DNA of 64,000 bases from assembly GCA_008632985.1 (NCBI GenBank), contig QPGO01000035.1:545899-609898 (forward strand), written 5' to 3'. Origin of the DNA: Psammoneis japonica (lineage: Eukaryota). Positions 37,201 through 49,744 of the stretch are shown piece by piece. Made by a program: the position numbers and the translations under genes. The notes below the pieces were generated by a model. The model saw nothing but the letters and a program-made list of their open reading frames with translations, was not told where the DNA came from and made no database searches. Positions within the stretch are counted from its first letter, which is position 1, and every line of letters begins with the position of its first letter.

Positions 37201-37352
37201 TGCTATTTCCAAGTTCGATGTTCGCACATCTTTTAGCATGTTAGCATGGACGCCTTTATTGGATCACATGTCCCACATTGATCGACGATCGATCATCGTT
37301 CACACCATGATCCTCTTGCCTCTTGCCTCCCTCGCTGTGGCATCCGACAGTC

Positions 37353-37855
37353 ATGAATGTGTACGAGAGTCAGCTGAGATCCAAGGCCAGGAAATGCCTT
37401 GACCATTGCATGGACGCATTTGTTGCAACACTCGCGGCTGTGTTGGCGTGGTCGATCATGGGCGGAGCTGCAAGCATCGTGGGTCATGGGTGGACGGAGC
37501 AGCAGCTCACGGGTGGCCAGTGGGCTGCACGCATTCTTTGCAAGGCCGTCCAAGAAAGTCTCACCCATGGTATGATCCTATCCGGAATTGCAAAGATGCA
37601 AAGACTCTGAATTTGTTTGCCCACATTCCAGGCACCCAAGGAAAAGAGCAATGCGCCCCGAGCACTCGAGGTTTGACAAAAACAACCAGAACAACGTGCA
37701 TCAGTGTCATTCATCCTGCATTCCAGACACTTGCATCAGGCAATTCAAGTTGGAGACTGTCAAGCTGCCTTTGTGAACCAGAACGGAACAATTGCAAAAA
37801 GTCTCCAGAAATTCAAAATGTGTGTTCGACAGAGAGTCACGACGGAGGACAGGGC
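37353..37855 (+). pseudogene. Truncated, frameshifted, TpA-mutated copy of the PP2C-like gene at 57906-58787
   Basis: MNVYESQLRSKARKCLDHCMDAFVAT...QLTGGQWAARILCKAVQE matches the intact gene. It breaks off at the DIRS-like relic. Confidence 0.88.
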
Positions 37856-37899
37856 CGGTGGAAAACAGGCCCAGCTTCTACACACCTTTTACACAGATT

Positions 37900-40800
37900 T
37901 TGCACTGAGGAGACAGTGGGAAAATGCTCAAAAACATTCAGGAAAAAGTGGTTCACTGCCGGGCCTGGATCCAGCCGCTTCACTGACATGCATGACCCCG
38001 CCAGACTTGGAGTTGATCCCAGACAAAACAACCAACAACACCAAGAATGTGTTTAAACCCAGCAAGGCTAAATTGCAATAGAGAGTCCCACAGCTCAACA
38101 CATTTGGCAGTGGATGCATTAGAGCTGCACTGGGAGGTTGGGTGTGAAATTTCACCCTGCCCTCTGCAGGGTCTTGCCACTCAACTGGTGGTGATGACTT
38201 GATGAAAAGCCCTGGATCTGGCCTGCCAGGGGGTGATCCAAGCTTCAACAAGCTTGGCAATGAGATGATCCCATGGTGTTGCACATCATGTCAATGGCGT
38301 TTTGATGAACACATCCCCATGTCAAGAGATCCACCCAGATTCTTGAGGCTCTCTGTCACCATTTTGAGCCACAGATGCATCTGAGTGCCAGAACTGTTTT
38401 GTTGCTGTCCGGGAAGAGATGTTGATGCTCCCTGTGCTCTCCCCAGACCCCCCCCCCAGCAATGTCAGCACCACATGATTCTTGTGGCAGTTCATGTGAG
38501 CTTGGAGACCTCCCAAGTCAAGCAACAGGCCCTCTGGCCCTTGCAGCAAGAGAACACAGCTTGCTGCAAAGCAGAAACCAGCCACTGGCCATGCATGAGC
38601 CCATGTCTCACTGATCTTGGAGTGTTCACCTTGTCTGCGGCCTGGGAGAGAAGGTTGCTCATTAATTCCACCAAAGTGGCCCTGTCAAGCCACCAATCCT
38701 GTCCCACCCATGCAGCATTTGCAGCCCACAAAAAAATGCCCAGCACTGGAACCAGAGTTTGGCACATGATGGGTCACTGCAATTGTGGAGGTGTTGCTTC
38801 ACATTCAAATCCACCAATGCCCATGCCTTGGAATTGGCCCCCACTGTGGCTTGCACCTGGTTGGAACAGGCCAGCCAGAGTCCATGGACAGTGTTGAATT
38901 GGGTGTGCATTTGAGAGCACCATCTGGGAGATGTGGAGGCAAACACCATGTGTGTGGCCACCCGCAATGATCAGACTCATGGGCCAGGAGAGGCCCAGAT
39001 TCCTGATGACCAGTCCCAGCCTCTGAGATGGCTGAAGACCTTGGGTGATTCTTCTCACATTGGATTTAACCGTCATCACCTTCTGGCTCCAGAGCATGTC
39101 AAGAATCATTCTCTGAATGCAGCATGCCTGCACCACATGATCTGAAATCCATGAGGGAGTCGGCTCTTGCTTGCAGAGCTTGCAAAACACTCTGGTGTCA
39201 GCACACTCAGATGATGCAATGAGGTGATCACCTTGCCTTGCCACATCAAATTGGTTGGCTTCCTGAGGCATCTGACACCATGCAGTGTTGGAGATCCTGA
39301 TGGCCTCATTGTCACTTGTGTGAGAACCTCCCACTCCTTCTCAATTCTCCGTTGTCAAACCCACAACATGAAACTCAGCCACAACCTTGATCCTTGGAAG
39401 CGCAGCACTTGGGACACAACACACTCTGACACATGGGCCAACCACCCACACTCAAATGTGCAATTTGCACAAAATGCACCTTGAGTCCACTCCAGGTTCC
39501 TCCCACAATTGGCACAATCGCCTCTTGAGTGAGTGCATTTTTTGGCAACTTGGAGCTGCCATGATGGAGAGACTGAATGGAACCAAAGGAAAAACACAAA
39601 CCAATGCGCAGCAAAGGCTTGCACATGTGGGCATGCCACTTGGGAGTTAGAAGACAGGGGCATGCAAAGATGTGGAATGACCTCTGACACTCAACTCAAG
39701 TGACTTGGAGCTGCTCTGAGGCAACATCAACCACTGCAGACAGAGCAGGATCCCAAATCCACAATCTAAACATGAACCTCAGCATGTCAAGTGGGGATCC
39801 ATTTGGGCAGCACCAGCCTCCTGCAATGCCATGCCCCAATCCATGGCAGATGCCACCTCTGGTTCTTTGGGGGCTCCCCACTGCTTGAGTGTTGCCCTCC
39901 TTGTTGGGTTCCACAAGTGTGCAGGGCATGCACCTTCAGCACTGTGCCAATCCTCAACCCAGTTCAATGGAGAGGGAGGCCTCTCAAGAGCTCCCAAGTG
40001 GAGGGGGGTGAATGACATCAAGCATTGGCCCTCCATGACCGCTTCAGCAAGGATGCCATGGGACATGCCACCACTTCCTTGGGCTGTCTCATCCAAGTCC
40101 CAGCACCATGCACCAGGCTGAGCTTGAGCACTTGGATTCTGCAAAACAGATGTGGATGACTTCTTGTTCCAACAGCTTTGGTCTTGAGGAGGCACCCATG
40201 TAGAATGCTGTCTCTAAAATGGAGTTGTCCATGATGAAATGAAGCTTGAGACCAAGAAGGTCTCTTGCCTCCCCATGCTCTTCTACAGTGTCTTCCATGT
40301 CCACTGTCTCTTTCCATTTTGATGACTCCAATTTGTCACCCTTTCCCCAGATGCCAATTTGGTCAGACACTGACAAAATCTGGCTTTTGGACTGAGGAGC
40401 CAAGGCCCTTTCCAGATGCATTGCCAAACCACACATTGCAGTGACAATTTCATGCATTCAAGCCATCACACAGGCCAGTGTGTCTGGAGCAAACATGCAG
40501 CATGGCCCCTGCAAGTCTCCAAGGAAATGGAGCTTGACGGACCATGAGTTCCAGCTGCAAGTCTTCCACTTCAATGCTGAGCTTGTCAGCTTTGTGCTTT
40601 GTGCTGCAGCCAACAATGAAATTCCTTTCCCAACATTGCCCACTCATCATCAGTGTGGCAACTTGGGTGTCATGAGTCCAGGGTGAGGTGCCATCCCTTC
40701 AAAAAAGAGGTTGAGGAAGTTGCAGGTCATTGCCACATGGACCACAAAACCTTGCTTCCTCTCCAAATCCTTGCAATCAAATGTGGGCAGCTGAACTCCC

Positions 40801-42130
40801 TCCCAGAGAGCTTCATTGCACACCATCAGGAGGCTCTTGACAATCAACTTTGCCTTGTCCCATTTTGTAGATGAGATGGTGACTGCTAAATCTGTTCCAT
40901 CTAGCACTCAAAAATTGCCCCTGCCCAATCACCAACCTCCTCCAAGGAGGGAAGGCCCAAAATTTGTGGAGAGCATTTTGAGTCCCCAAGTGCTGAAGGT
41001 GCAAGGCCATCTGCCTTGCCACTTTCCAAGCCTTCTCCTTGCTGAACCCTGGGCATCTCAAGTTGTTGACAAATGTCCTGAGATCTCCAGCAACCGCTTG
41101 ATGCAGCTCATTCTGCTTCATTGCTTTGGGCAGCCAAGGCTTGCAGCTCGGGTCTCCAGTTGAGTTGAAGATCACCGACCCAATCCTGCAGGATCATCCA
41201 GCAGCAAAGGGTCCTCCCTGCAACTGAAAATGCCTTTGTTTCTAATCTAAAATGCCTTTGCAAGAAAAGACATCCCACATGAGGAGACCCTCCTCCATTG
41301 CAAAAGGTTGACATTTTAAAAACTCACAAATTTTTGATGGACCATTTGGGAGGCTGCAGAGAAGAGCTGTCATCATCAATGTCAGAACAATGCAAGGTGT
41401 CTCAGCAATTTTGGGTGTGAGGGTAGTTTGAAAAATGGGCTGCTGCAACAGGATTTTTGTTTGCCAATCTGGGGCCTGCGTTGTCATGGCTTTTGTCAAC
41501 AACAATTTGGATCAAGTGAGGCTGCATGTTGAAGTTGCCCACCAAATGCAAAGTGGGCAGCAGTTTTTGTTGTTCCTGTCAAAATCAAAAGGGACAATGT
41601 GGCACTGTTTGCTCTTGTTTTTGTCAAAGATTTCTCATGCTTTGGAGACTGACATTCTTGGCAGCAGGTTGGTTTGGTGGCGGTGATTGTCCAGAGCACA
41701 ATGCCGGCAATCATGTGACACGATGCCTTTTTTCTCGTTTGCAGAGGAGTGGCGTCATCAACCCAACTCAAAAAACTTGTTTTGCCCCCCCCCCCCCCCC
41801 CCCCTGCTCAGCAGATCGGTTTATCTTTGAGGATGGAACATGTGAATGGTGGGGGTGATGCAGTTGAAAAACCCATGTTCACAAAGCTTGAAGCACAGCT
41901 GAGTGCACCACCAGGAGCGAATCAAACAGTCTCATCGCCAATTGAAAGGACACAGTCGAGATGTCTTTCTCCAAAGGTCTCCAAAGGAGATGTGTCTCGA
42001 AGTGCTTTCCATAACAGTTGCTTTTTGTGTGTGATTCAAGAGACAGAGACCTCATGTTGTGCAAGAAAATTTGAAATTGGCGCGCCAAAAGCATTCAAAA
42101 CAATGAAGCAGCCGGCGGCACAGCTTTTTT
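37900..42130 (-). mobile_element. Degenerate DIRS-like tyrosine-recombinase retrotransposon (RT, RNase H and recombinase-region remnants)
   Basis: GDLRTFVNNLRCPG...AWKVARQMALHLQHLGTQNA (decayed YVDD RT region), KWDKAK...DLERKQGFVVHVAMT, FIMDNSILETAFYMGASSRPKL (RNase H), MSFTPLHLGALER and ARQGDHL...IQRMILDMLWSQ. Recognised from family motifs; boundaries approximate. Confidence 0.7.
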
Positions 42131-42366
42131 CAAAAAGGTGGATCGTTTGAAGACCCATCATTTTATTCAGTCATAATTTTAAAAAATATCAAGATTTTAA
42201 AACGACCCGCCTTCAAAGTGGCTCTTGTAGGGCCCTATGTATGTATTGTCTTATGGCTCTTGTCTTGGCTCTTGTCTCACAAAATCACAATTAAGGTTCT
42301 TACTGTACTGTACGACGAACTCTCAAAAACTAAACTCCCTGTTCACAAGTTTGAGTACCGTAAAGC

Positions 42367-45150
42367 ATGAAAGTTGAGTTTGTTGCTATTCTTCTCCACC
42401 TCCTCCTTCCTGCTGATGCTTTGTCATCGCAAGCCAATGGCATAGATGATTCTTTTAATTCAAGGAAAAACTACCATGAGGAAACAGTTGCGCACGAAGA
42501 CTCACGTTACCTAGTCGTTAGAAGTGGCGATAACAGGTACAAGGTGAAAAGTGGTGGCAAGGGAGGGAAGGAAGGAGGCAGCAAGAGGGGGAGTGGCAGA
42601 GTGCGAGGATCAAGCTCCAGCAGCAAGGGAACCCCACCGCCGCCAACACCTCCGAACCCGGCGCAACCGAGCAGCGAGACCAATGGTGGATCCAGCGGCA
42701 AGAGTTTCTCGTCTGGCTCTCGTACCAAGAGCAAGGTCCGAAGCAGTTCTAAGAGTCATGACTTGAAGAGCAGCAGCTATTCGTCGTCCAGTGACAACTC
42801 GTCGTCGAGCAGCGACAGCTCGTCTTCATCCATCAACTGTCCTCCAAGCAGCAGCAGCTCTAGCAGCAGCAAGAGTAGCAGCAGCAGCAGCAGCTCTAGC
42901 AGCAGCAAGAGTAGTAGTAGCAGCAGCTCTAGCAGCAGCAAGAGTAGCAGCAGCAGCTCTAGCAGCAGCAAGAGTAGTAGTAGCAGCAGCTCTAGCAGCA
43001 GCAAGAGTAGTAGTAGCAGCAGCTCTAGCAGCAGCAAGAGTAGCAGCAGCAGTGGCAGCAGCAACAGCCTTCGCAGTAGCAACAAGAGTAGCAGCAGCAC
43101 GAGTAGCAATGGAAACGGGGACAGTAGCAGTGGCGGTGGGGGTGGCTGTGTCGACTCGATAGAGACCTTGCGCGACGCTCTTTTCCATACCGGTACAGGC
43201 ATACGGAGGAGGATGCTAAGTGCTTCGGACGGCAAGATCATTCATATATCCATCTGCGCCGGTACTACGATATCCCTGAACGAAACTATCGTACTCGATG
43301 CTACGACCCTTCCCCGTGCCGAGGAAGTTCGGTTGAATTGCCAACATAAAAAGACACCACAACTCGAAGAGGAAGCCTGCACGTTCATTGGCACTGATCC
43401 AACGACGAAAATGTTTTTCTTGGGTAATGCTATTTCGCTGTCGCTAACGGATCTTGTATTTACGGGGCTCGCGGAAGTCATTGAGACATCATCGGACGGT
43501 GCAGCAGACCGCTCTGTTGACATTCAAGGCTGCAAGTTCAGAGACATAGTGTTGGGTGGTGTGGAGAGCAGTTTAATTCACGTCAAGAGCGGCAAAACGA
43601 ACGTACAAGATTCCACCTTCATGGACATTACTCGCACAGGATTCGTGCTGAATGTAAGGAGTGGTGATGCATGGATAACTGGATGCCGTTTCAACCAAAT
43701 TAGTGATCTCTTCGGGAGCACGGTTTCCTTGGAAGATGGGAAATTCCATATCGTTGATTCCACTTTCACCAGATTGTCTGCTGTACAGGTCAACGTTACC
43801 ACCGCGGTTACAGTGAAAGGGAGAAAAAGCCGGCTCGACGTGGACGGCACGCTTTTTGCCGAGTGTTCTACATCTCAACAGGACGGCGGTGTTATGCGGG
43901 TTGAAGGAATTAAGAAACTCTCCGTTCGAAATTCGATCTTTCAAAGAAATTCTCTGTCCATCGGCAATGGTGGTACTGTCAAAATTGTCGGGGGGGGGCG
44001 AAGAACTCATTCATTCGAAAACGTTGCAATGAGTGAAAGCTCGATTGGCATAGGAAGCGGGGTGTACATCAGCATCACGGATGCCAAAGTGCACATCGTG
44101 AAGTCGAATTTTACGAACGGGTCCACTAGTGGAGGGGGGAACGGTGGCGCAATATCTGTCGAAGGACGAAACAGCGAGCTGACAGTTGACAAGTCCACTT
44201 TTTCACTGTGCTCGACAGTGAATTTTGGTGACTTTTCGTTTGTTCCTGGTTCTGCTTTCGGGGGTGCCATTGATGTTAAAGACGGTAGGATACACATCAC
44301 CGATTCGGGTTTCTTTGGTACCGCTGCAAACTATGGCGGGATACTTAGCATAGAGAATGGATCGGGAGATATCACAGGGGTGGAGATTGGGGACACTGCC
44401 GCCTTTCTTGGCGGTGGTGCAATCAGCCTACGAAACAGCGAACTGACGCTTGAGAAGTCGAATTTTTCGAATTGTTCCGTAAGTGGAGGGGGGAACGGAG
44501 GCGCAATATCTGTCGAAGGACGAAGTAGCGAGCTGACGGTTGAGAAGTCCACTTTTTCACAGTGCGTGGCAGTGTCGTTTGTTCCTGGTACTGCTTTCGG
44601 GGGTGTCATTGATGTTCAAGACGGTATGATACACATCGCGGATTCGGGTTTCTTCAAGACCACTGCAAACTATGGCGGGATACTTAACATCGAGAATGGA
44701 TCGGGAAGCATCACAGGCATGGAGACTGAGAATAATGCCGGCCTTCTTGCCGCTGGTGCAATAAGGTTGGTAAACGGAGAATTGAATGTTGTTGACAGTT
44801 CCACCAAACTCATTTCGGCCAGAGGGAACCTGGGAGGCGCCATTGAAGTCGACAACGGGTGCTTGGATCTATTCAACGTTTCCTTTACAGAATCTGCAGG
44901 GTTTGGGTTGATTATCGACCAAACATCGAGTGCTATAATCCGACAGTCCTTCTTCAACGGCGAAAAAGCAATCTTCTTCAATACAACAAATCAGAAGCGA
45001 TCAGATCTGCGCAGGACGAAGGAGTGCAAAGGTGGTACTGTTGATTGCAACTTCTCTAGCAATACGTTTTGCTTGGGTGCATCGGAAAACAACATCTCCC
45101 CGGAAGGTCTTTGTGGAACGGAACCAACATACGCTTGTCCCGTTTCCTGA
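42367..45150 (+). CDS. Secreted Ser/Lys-rich protein with pectin-lyase-like (Pmp-type GGAI repeat) beta-helix, 927 aa
   Basis: Signal peptide MKVEFVAILLHLLLPADA, poly-Ser tract punctuated by Lys, RRRML motif, repeated GGAI / FxxC/N units and an internal duplication (~44130-44370 vs ~44480-44710). Confidence 0.85.
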   Translation: MKVEFVAILLHLLLPADALSSQANGIDDSFNSRKNYHEETVAHEDSRYLVVRSGDNRYKVKSGGKGGKEGGSKRGSGRVRGSSSSSKGTPPPPTPPNPAQPSSETNGGSSGKSFSSGSRTKSKVRSSSKSHDLKSSSYSSSSDNSSSSSDSSSSSINCPPSSSSSSSSKSSSSSSSSSSSKSSSSSSSSSSKSSSSSSSSSKSSSSSSSSSSKSSSSSSSSSSKSSSSSGSSNSLRSSNKSSSSTSSNGNGDSSSGGGGGCVDSIETLRDALFHTGTGIRRRMLSASDGKIIHISICAGTTISLNETIVLDATTLPRAEEVRLNCQHKKTPQLEEEACTFIGTDPTTKMFFLGNAISLSLTDLVFTGLAEVIETSSDGAADRSVDIQGCKFRDIVLGGVESSLIHVKSGKTNVQDSTFMDITRTGFVLNVRSGDAWITGCRFNQISDLFGSTVSLEDGKFHIVDSTFTRLSAVQVNVTTAVTVKGRKSRLDVDGTLFAECSTSQQDGGVMRVEGIKKLSVRNSIFQRNSLSIGNGGTVKIVGGGRRTHSFENVAMSESSIGIGSGVYISITDAKVHIVKSNFTNGSTSGGGNGGAISVEGRNSELTVDKSTFSLCSTVNFGDFSFVPGSAFGGAIDVKDGRIHITDSGFFGTAANYGGILSIENGSGDITGVEIGDTAAFLGGGAISLRNSELTLEKSNFSNCSVSGGGNGGAISVEGRSSELTVEKSTFSQCVAVSFVPGTAFGGVIDVQDGMIHIADSGFFKTTANYGGILNIENGSGSITGMETENNAGLLAAGAIRLVNGELNVVDSSTKLISARGNLGGAIEVDNGCLDLFNVSFTESAGFGLIIDQTSSAIIRQSFFNGEKAIFFNTTNQKRSDLRRTKECKGGTVDCNFSSNTFCLGASENNISPEGLCGTEPTYACPVS

Positions 45151-45706
45151 GTTTTCGGTAGAAGCCTGGGAGCAGATCCTCAGCTTTCACATATCTTCCT
45201 TACGAGTACATGGCATCGTCTGACGGATGAGAGTGTGGAAAACGAGTAATGATAATGACTATAATGAGTTCGGCTTTAGAGGTCCCTCTAGGGCCCAACT
45301 TGTAAGTATTCCCTTGTGTCAACGATTGGTACTAGGCTAGATGCATTCGATTTAACATTTCTGAGCTCTCCCATAATATTTACGCAGATACAGATCGGGG
45401 GGCTCAACCCTTGAAATGTTTTTCATACCGGCTGTTGTGGTGGCTCCCTCGGCGGCTTTGGCTTGTGCTCCCCATCCAGCGACGTCTATTTTCCTCGACT
45501 TTGGTCCCGGATATGCGGGTAATGTCAGACGTGATGATGCAGCAAATGCAATCATGAGCCGAGCTTCTCCCCAGACCATCAAGCAGTGCCCTGATAGAAG
45601 CGGTCAGTTATTGCACGAGAAGTTGAGTCGATTGGCGTTGGGTTGGGTGGAAGGTGGTGTCGCAATTGTTGATTGCCTCCTCCATCTGAACATTTTGCCC
45701 GGGCGG

Positions 45707-46573
45707 AGGGAGACTGTGCTTTCTTTGCGCTGGGACGAGAAGTGAGTGAAAGCATTGGAGCATCCCAACTTGCCACAACCGTGGCCCCATTGAGGTTTGG
45801 GAGCAGTTTTCGACTGGCATTCGTGGAAAGCGATTGTTTCTCGATCGAATCGAAAGTCAAAGCTTCACAGCAAGATGTCAAGCTTCAAAACATTTGTCTC
45901 TTTATCGAATTTTTGTTTCTCTGTTCATGATATAGACTTAACTTCAAAGAACTGGTATCACAATACTCACAATACCGCATTCACAACAGACAGCAGCATG
46001 CCTCCACGCACCCGTCCACAGCAAATACAAAAGCTTTTCGTAGTGCCATCATGTTCAGTTCGGTTCGCGTTTGTCCGCTTTTTGATAGCCCGAGACATGT
46101 TGCACCCTCGTTGCTCCTGCTTTCTGAGCCGCTTTTTGAAATCCCGAAGTAGTTTTTCTGCAATTTCTCATCTCGATCCGCATCTAGAAGAATATCTCAT
46201 CCTCCACCGCAGCGGTTCTGCTCATCACATTGGAGAGATCACTGAAGGAAAGTGTTGTGACAATTGACGACACATTACAATGGGTCCTGCTGGATACCGA
46301 AAAGGTTGTCAACAAGTCGTCCGGCAATCACATCTTCCTACTCCCTGAACACAGTGCATGATGATTCTCGCAATCGCTCTGTTGTCACATCACAGTCTGA
46401 ATATTCACTACTGTAATAATCCACTCGTTTTTATCATCGTCTCTCATAGAGGAGGACATCTTCACAATGTTGAGAGAACTACCCTTGCCACCAGCAACAA
46501 CAACATCATCATCATCATCGGCGTTGTCATCGTTCATCGCTCATCGTGTGCTGTATTTCTATTTCCAAGTTCG
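45707..46573. repeat. Segmental duplication, copy 2 (pairs with 36342-37200)
   Basis: Direct colinear near-identity with 36342-37200. Confidence 0.92.
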
Positions 46574-47068
46574 GGTGGGTGTGGGTGGGTGTGGGGGGTT
46601 GTGCAGTTGTGGACATGAAAGAAGGGGATTTTGCATGCAAATTTTGATGGACACAGCTGGTGCTGAGACACTCGACACTCATCTCACATTGTAATCTGCC
46701 TTGTCTGATGTGGTTGCACGCACAATCTGGAGTGGTTGCAATGTGAGTCTGTGTTTGGTTGTTCTGGAAGTGTGTCTCAACCCAACGTTGGTTTGGGACA
46801 GACCAGAACCATCCTCCCAGTGGTGCGGGGACATCTGGACAGGAGCTCATCTGAGATGGGGACATGGGAGCCTCCAAGTGTGGATGAGTGCTCTGTGCAA
46901 AACTGCACTGAGGTTCTGTACACAAAAGTGTTGTTGGTTGGCCATCAACATGTTGAGTCCTGCAAAAACTCATTGCAAATTCCTGTGTGTTGCACACAAC
47001 TGCCAGGAAATTGTCCATGATTCATTGCCCAATGCATGGCTGCACAGAACACTGACAGTGCTCACCTG

Positions 47069-47312
47069 TGCATGATGCTGCGCAAAGAGTCACAAGTGCA
47101 CTCGCGCAATCGCTCTGTTGTGGCACCATCAGAGTCGGCTCTTGAACACTCACCACTCTGCGCCACTCCAACCATTGTTTTTGTCGTCACTCACAGAGGA
47201 GGACATCTTCACAACATTGAGAGAACTGCCCTCGCCATCAGCAACAACAACATCATCATCACATCGGCGTAAATCGCTGTTCATCTTTCATCGATGATGC
47301 TTCAAGTTCGCT
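47069..47312. repeat. Third, TpA-mutated copy of the 46354-46573 / 36982-37217 segment
   Basis: Shared cgcaatcgctctgttgt...gaggaggacatcttcacaa...gagagaact...cagcaacaacaacatcatcatc. Confidence 0.8.
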
Positions 47313-48784
47313 CGTGGATGTCGGATGCGTCGGCACCCGTGACGCGCACGATTGCGCGCACGAGCATCTTCGCCTGTTCATCACATCTCGCATCGATCCA
47401 CAATCCACACATCAATTCAATTCAATCTTAAAAGTTGCGCCGCTGCTTTCAGCGGCTGCCTGAGGCTCAGTCATGCCTGATTTGTTCTTTCAATCCACAA
47501 CCATGGAATGGAGTCAGAGCGTCGGTGCACAAAACAAGTGCAGCTGCGCTTGACAAGTCATGGAGCGCTGGAAGACTTTTCCCATTCTCGTCATTTTGGT
47601 CAGTCTGTGGGGAGGGCAGTGGCCACACGTTTCGCCATTCCCACTGCCACTGGCCAGTGTCTTTTGAAGTCCATGTCTTCTGTGAACACTTCCTCCATGG
47701 ACTTGGAAAACCACCGGGCATGCTGGGGTGTGTCGGATGGGTGGTTGAAGAATTCTGCACATTCCTCTTCAATCCGCCCATCAAGGATTCTGTTGACAGT
47801 GAGTCTTGATTCCGAGGTTGGAGATGCAGCCGCTCGCATCCGGTTTTGCCACATGTCCCATGCCGCATTCCACAGCTGTTGAATTGGACCTGCCACCCAT
47901 CGTTCGCCTGCATTCCGACTCTGGATGAATTCGCAGTGCGCCTGTTGAGCTGCGGCCCATTCCATTGCTGGGAATCCTCGCACCAGAGCATGATCGCCAA
48001 GTTGTTCTTGTGCTGTGAATGCCTGTTGTGCTTGTGGATGGTCCGATGTTGGTGTGGGGCAAGGAAGCTCATCGTGCCAGCTCTTGATGATTCGCATGAT
48101 GCCCTTTCGTAAATCTGGATGAGTGAAATGATCCGTCATCCATTTCTCCAGGCTGTCAACCTTCTTCTGCCAAAGTTCCTGTGCCACAAAGGTCTTGCAC
48201 TGGAGCACATGGTCCACCCCATTTTCGTCTTCCCCGCATCTCGGGCATGCTGCGCTTTCCACCTTTTTCCAGCAATGCGCGTTGTTGTTTGTGGGAACAA
48301 AGCCTGTGTTCCACTTTGGTTGCCACAATTGTCGGAAGGTTGGACACCTGCGCATTGCTCGTCCCAGTGCTTGCCAGTCAATGTTCACATGAGTGTGTTC
48401 AACCTTTAGCTTCTTCTTCCAGCAATCTTTTGCAGATGGACCGCAAATGTGATCAAGGACCCTTTGTTCTTTCCATGAGGTTAACGTCGTGTCACCCAAC
48501 CGTGCCATCCAGACTGGTTGTGCAATTTCATGCGGAGCTGTGCCTTCATGCTCTCGCAGGGCTTCCCAGTGCGACTTGGCCAAAAGATCCATTTCAACAT
48601 TCAGTTGTTCAACGTAGGACAGTTCTTGCAGTGAGATTCTCTGATCCTTGTGGCCTTCCACCTCAATTGCCTCCACTGTCACAGGGAGTTCCTGAACCAC
48701 ACTCCTGATGGTGTGAATCAGATCACAGTTGGTGAGAGTCGGATCATCGCAGGAATTGCAAAAGCACGTTCTCAATCCAAGGTC

Positions 48785-49179
48785 GACGCGTTCCAGATGC
48801 AGGTGGGAATCCGTGTGACATTGGGCCCGCAGAATTCTGCGTGCGAGCTCCGCAGTGAAATTGTGCGGCAATTAGAATGTCAATGTTCGCAACAGAAAAT
48901 GAGGCAATTTTGCGAACGCACAAACTCGCACATGATTGAAGTGCATCGATTTTCACTCAGCCAGCTGCATTCTTCAGACATTGAAGAGTGCAACTGGCGC
49001 ATCATTGTCTCCATAAATGCATCATGTAAAACGTCTGGGGCTTCGCAAAACAGCAAGTCTGGACAATTTTTTTTAAATGTCACACGCAGAAATGCACGTG
49101 CGAAACATGCGACGGATGACAAAAATTGTTTGTGTCACACATCAGCACTGCGAGCTCCCACCTGGGGCTGGAACGCGTC
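48785..49179. mobile_element. MITE, family A copy 2 (395 bp), heavily TpA-mutated, nested in LINE RNase H
   Basis: TIRs GACGCGTTCCAG....AGGTGGGA and TSD GGTC. Inverted relative to 3064-3464. Removal restores the ACDCD-LGLRTCF frame. Confidence 0.93.
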
Positions 49180-49744
49180 GGTCGCAATCACATGCCAGAA
49201 TGATCTTCCCTTCACTGATGTTGCATTCATTGCACAGGCTTCATGGAAATGCCACGATTCCGAAGATTCCCCCCAGCTCCCCTCTGCAAGGCGCGAGGTC
49301 TGCAGCATCTCCCGGCATCTGATTCACTCCCTTGCACCGATGTGAATGTCCTTCACAGGGTGGCAGGATCATGCCCGCCATCGCCAATCCATCTTTATGA
49401 GATCCATCCACAACACTCAGGGCCGTCCCATTTTCAATTCCCTGAACTGGTGCCGACAGATCCGGTTGGTGTCCATGCGGAATGAACGACCAGTCCCCGC
49501 AATTGAGAGCTCTCCCTGGATCTGTCACTTGATGGATCGGTGATGTCCCTCTGTTGGTGTTGTCCTGGGACCGCTCTTTGTGACCTGAGTTGGTGGGGCG
49601 TCGTGAGGCATGATGTCGACGGCACCATTTGGTTGACATCGTGACCATCTGTTTCGTCTGTTTTGCGGCAGTCTTGTGCACAGTGCAATTGTGTCCTCTT
49701 CCTTGAAGCACACTCTGTCATCCGATTCCGAATGCCACCATGCT

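Noticed and set aside
42777..43241. Poly-Leu and poly-Ala ORFs
   Set aside because: Alternative-frame and antisense shadows of the poly-Ser tract in the 42367-45150 gene.
46602..47070. Tc1/mariner MITE whose TA TSDs were converted to TG
   Set aside because: The putative TIRs match at only 8 of 11 bases, and the right-hand TG also belongs to the adjacent duplicated segment.
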